Made by a program: the position numbers and the translations under genes. A DNA stretch of 64,000 nucleotides from Macrostomum hystrix (taxonomy: Eukaryota > Animalia > Platyhelminthes). The notes below the pieces were generated by a model. The model saw only the letters and a list, made by a program, of their open reading frames with translations. It was not told the origin of the DNA and made no database searches. The stretch lies in assembly GCA_950097015.1 (NCBI GenBank), contig CATNEN010000001.1, positions 11,842,001-11,906,000 of the forward strand, read 5' to 3'. Below, one piece after another: positions 61,901 to 64,000 of the stretch. How positions within the stretch are numbered: position 1 is the first letter of the stretch; the number at the start of each line of letters is the position of its first letter.

Positions 61901-62162
61901 TTCTCTTAGTCGCGCCCCTAAATTTGGTTGATATAGGCTATTAACTACTACAAATTAGATTTTCTCCTAAACTGGTAAAAAGTACATAATTTGATGTAAT
62001 TCGATCTATACTAAACATAAAATATCCCAGGTGTCGGAACTGCTTTTTCTTTTCCACCGGGTGGTGTCCGTTCAGGTCCACAAGAGCATGGCCGCTGATC
62101 GAACTAACAACAACAGCAACAGCAGCTGCCGCAACTCTCAAATATTCTTTGCTGCAACATGA
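37495..62162 (+). CDS. MADD: MAP kinase-activating death domain protein / Rab3 GEF (uDENN-DENN-dDENN + death domain), AEX-3 ortholog
   Basis: Motifs [139 protein letters not shown]. Phase-consistent exons: 37495-38054, 38619-38760, 38877-39005, 41319-41594, 44465-44545, 46863-47487, (48769-48828), 51103-51515, 51808-51842, 51920-52254, 53519-54102, 54692-54791, (56147-56401), (57430-57504), 58055-58523, 59079-59211, 59342-59810, 60448-60563, 60782-60854, 61418-61464, 62031-62162. Confidence 0.93.
38262..38478. repeat. Intronic 20-bp minisatellite CTGGTATTTCACCTGTC(C/G)AA
   Basis: About 10 tandem units with degenerate edges. Confidence 0.93.
39130..41148. repeat. Intronic AT-rich 30-bp minisatellite TGG(T/G)ATATTTGTTATATTCAATCCTCAATT, about 65 copies
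   Basis: Exact 30-bp period (two units per 60-nt line), with 180-bp and 120-bp higher-order blocks at the 5' end. Confidence 0.97.
41678..42015 (-). mobile_element. SINE family A
   Basis: Colinear with the other copies, with a small internal deletion. Confidence 0.9.
43438..43790 (+). mobile_element. SINE family A inserted into a family-B (CORE-like) SINE
   Basis: TSD AGACACTTAAC (43427-43437) / AGACAGTTAAC (43791-43801). The host SINE has B-box GGTTCGATTCCC at 43381 and resumes TCTGCATTGCTTCAGTTCACCCA. Confidence 0.9.
44563..45868. repeat. Intronic minisatellite with mixed 13/15-bp units TTACAGTTCTGTG(TG), about 90 copies
   Basis: Direct observation; starts about 20 nt after the donor at 44546. 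Confidence 0.97.
47500..48280. repeat. Intronic 8-bp repeat GTGAATG(T/C)
   Basis: Starts about 12 nt after the donor at 47488 and yields spurious HSHIHTFT ORFs. Confidence 0.97.
49190..50554. repeat. Intronic 31-bp minisatellite with two alternating variants (62-bp higher-order repeat)
   Basis: CAGGCCATCAGCCAC(AAT/TGT/TAT)TTCCTCTG(ATTCTT/CTTATT), about 44 copies. Confidence 0.97.
51524..51714. repeat. Intronic 27-bp minisatellite ATGAGCCCAGTCATTGACTCTAGT-like, 7 copies
   Basis: Begins 8 nt after the donor at 51516. Confidence 0.93.
52289..52628 (+). mobile_element. SINE family A
   Basis: A-box-like start, GAGTTCGATTCC B-box, and shared body and tail. Confidence 0.88.
53138..53495. repeat. 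Intronic 21-bp minisatellite CACTCCCT(T/G)CATCTCAGTTCA
   Basis: About 17 units ending about 25 nt before the acceptor at 53518. Confidence 0.95.
54108..54670. repeat. Intronic 32-bp minisatellite TCTTGAGCAGTGACTAGAATCCCAGTTCTTCA
   Basis: Homogeneous core at 54347-54582 with degenerate flanks; fills nearly the whole intron 54103-54691. Confidence 0.9.
55290..56048. repeat. Intronic 21-bp minisatellite GACAAGAATGAC(A/T)GTGAGTAT
   Basis: Core at 55463-55925 with degenerate flanks. Confidence 0.95.
56706..57017 (-). mobile_element. SINE family A (5' end clipped)
   Basis: Colinear with the other copies. Confidence 0.85.
58562..58885 (-). mobile_element. SINE family A
   Basis: Colinear with the other copies. 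Confidence 0.88.
59856..60432. repeat. Intronic 19/20-bp minisatellite AAATCTCTACCAATCCACC(T/C)
   Basis: About 29 units filling most of intron 59811-60447. Confidence 0.96.
61700..61925 (-). mobile_element. Old, diverged SINE family A copy
   Basis: GACCCACAGCCAGCAAGGAG, CTGACCCCTGAGCACAC, TTTCTCATCGTCAG and TCACTGTGCC blocks occur in the family order. Confidence 0.7.
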
Positions 62163-64000
62163 CGCTTATCTGATCTTTGAATCTAAATATCGTAGACTTC
62201 TGGGAGAAAAATACAAAATTGTTGGGCTAAACGGTTGCTATGCTGAAAGTTTACACATTGTATTTATAATAGATTCTATAACATGCTGGAGTTGAAATCG
62301 AAACACCAGAAGCTAGGAGAAACTAAAGTGCTTACATTATTTTGATAAGTCAATGTCTGAAGCCTTACATGTGAAATCGAAACGTTTCAAAACTTCAGAG
62401 CAATGATGTTTAGACTTTGACAGTCATAGTCAAGTCAACGCTTAAAAGTTGGTCGTACACCACTGTAGGACTGTAGGGTGTAGGGTGTAGGACTTATAAG
62501 CCGATTGTCAATTTTCGATCTTATTAATGATAGTTGATCACTTTTCCTTTTTCTGTTTTTATGTTGTATTTTCATCCGATTGCTTTTGTGATATTTTTGC
62601 TAGTTAATTTGTGATTCATTAAATTATTTTCGAAAGATTTCAGCATGCAGGTATTTGCTTGAATTTAAATATAACATTTTGGAGAGCCTAAACTAGACTA
62701 ATTCGATATTTCAAATCAGCACATTTTAGCAAATAATAAATCCAATCAAAAAACACTTGATGACAAGCAGATAAGTAGCGAAATTGTCTTGACGAAGGTG
62801 TCACCGATAAATAGAAATTTATTTTCATTAAATTATACGCTCCAATCCATTAGATGCTCAAAGTTTTTTGTTAAACCTCTTTAAAACGTCCTATTAAGAA
62901 TAAATCCCCACTCCCACATGAACAAATATTTCATGTGCATTGTTTAGTCAAAACTTTTTAGCTGTGATATCTAATTATATAGATTTATTCTTTCTATATT
63001 TCGCAGCTTTGGCCTTTCTATTTAACCAAGCACCCTTGTGTTGGTTATAAGTGTTGTTCGTCCTGGTAGTATTGATTTGACCACTGTTTCTGTATTTGAG
63101 TGTTTTAACTTTTTACGTTAATCTGCTACACATTCCTCCATTTTTACTCTACCTTCTTTTATAATAATGATGTTTAAAAGGTGTTCAATTTTTTTAATTT
63201 AAAATGTTTCATAATTTAACATAAAAATAATTTCCATCCATCACGCGACTGTTTTATGAAAGGAATTGAACTTGTTATGCTATAAGGAAAAATAAAGATT
63301 TATTATATTGAATTGTTAGTTTTGAAAAGCGAGGTGCATTTTCGTTTTTCTACAAGAAATTAGTTCGCTTTTATTTATTGAATTAAAGGCTAGGTTAAAA
63401 GGTTAAATGGTTAAATGCTTATATAATAAAAGCACGTTTTATACAATGTACGAGTGCTAGATTGTACATTTAGACAGCCATGTAAAATTGAAATGTTTTC
63501 GTCTGAATTTACTTTGCTTAGGAGTTTTATGAGTATTTTTGTATTCAGTGAATTGCTAGTGGCAAATGGCCTACCTGATTATTATATAATTTTCGATGAG
63601 GATGCGGGAACCGGCCCCCTGCTCCCATTGTTGCGAATCAAATTTTGTGGCCTCAGCGTGGATTCGAATCCAGAAACTTTAATGCCTGAGTTGCATGCAT
63701 TTTCACCCTGCCACAACCAAAACCAGATCTTCTATTTAAGTAATTCTGATACGTAAGCGATAAAAACCGATAGGAATATCAATATTTTTGACCAAGTGCA
63801 CACTCAGAATAAATAAATCCCGCTTATCTTGGTACGCTTCAGCCTGTTAATGTGAAGTGTGTTTTCTATATGTATGTATAGATTGAATTCGTTTGAATTT
63901 AGAGTCTAACCCGCTACTTTCACTATCCTGCTAACCAGATGCTTAGTATTCGATTCGATTTCTAGGCCTACCATGAAGATAGGTTCCGGCTGTTTAAAAA

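Overview
Eukaryotic (animal) genomic DNA with GT-AG introns, GC-rich exons, AT-rich introns and very dense minisatellites and SINEs. The style resembles a free-living flatworm such as Macrostomum, but that is inference only. All three protein-coding loci are on the + strand. (1) A 5'-incomplete, 10-exon gene of more than 2,200 codons (<2..21103), with every splice phase consistent. It fuses an unknown N-terminal domain, canonical ankyrin repeats and a recently amplified array of atypical Cys-Cys 33-aa ankyrin-like repeats to a C-terminal Mab21/cGAS-like nucleotidyltransferase (cGLR) with apparently intact catalytic residues. This is the most interesting element: a candidate modular repeat-sensor/cyclic-nucleotide-synthase immune receptor. 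(2) Two tandem, intronless, near-identical DEG/ENaC channel genes. (3) A complete multi-exon MADD/AEX-3 DENN-domain Rab GEF gene (37495..62162) with a different minisatellite in many of its introns. Mobile DNA includes a decayed I/Ingi-like LINE with a nested, RNase-H-deleted Ty3/Gypsy element (LTRs, 5-bp TSD) and a nested 95-bp retroposed fragment. There is also a LOA/R1-like LINE whose RT PQGG motif has expanded about 38-fold, ten copies of a tRNA-derived SINE, CORE-like SINEs, a hAT-type MITE and two Helitron-like ends. No CRISPR array, rRNA or bona fide tRNA gene was found.
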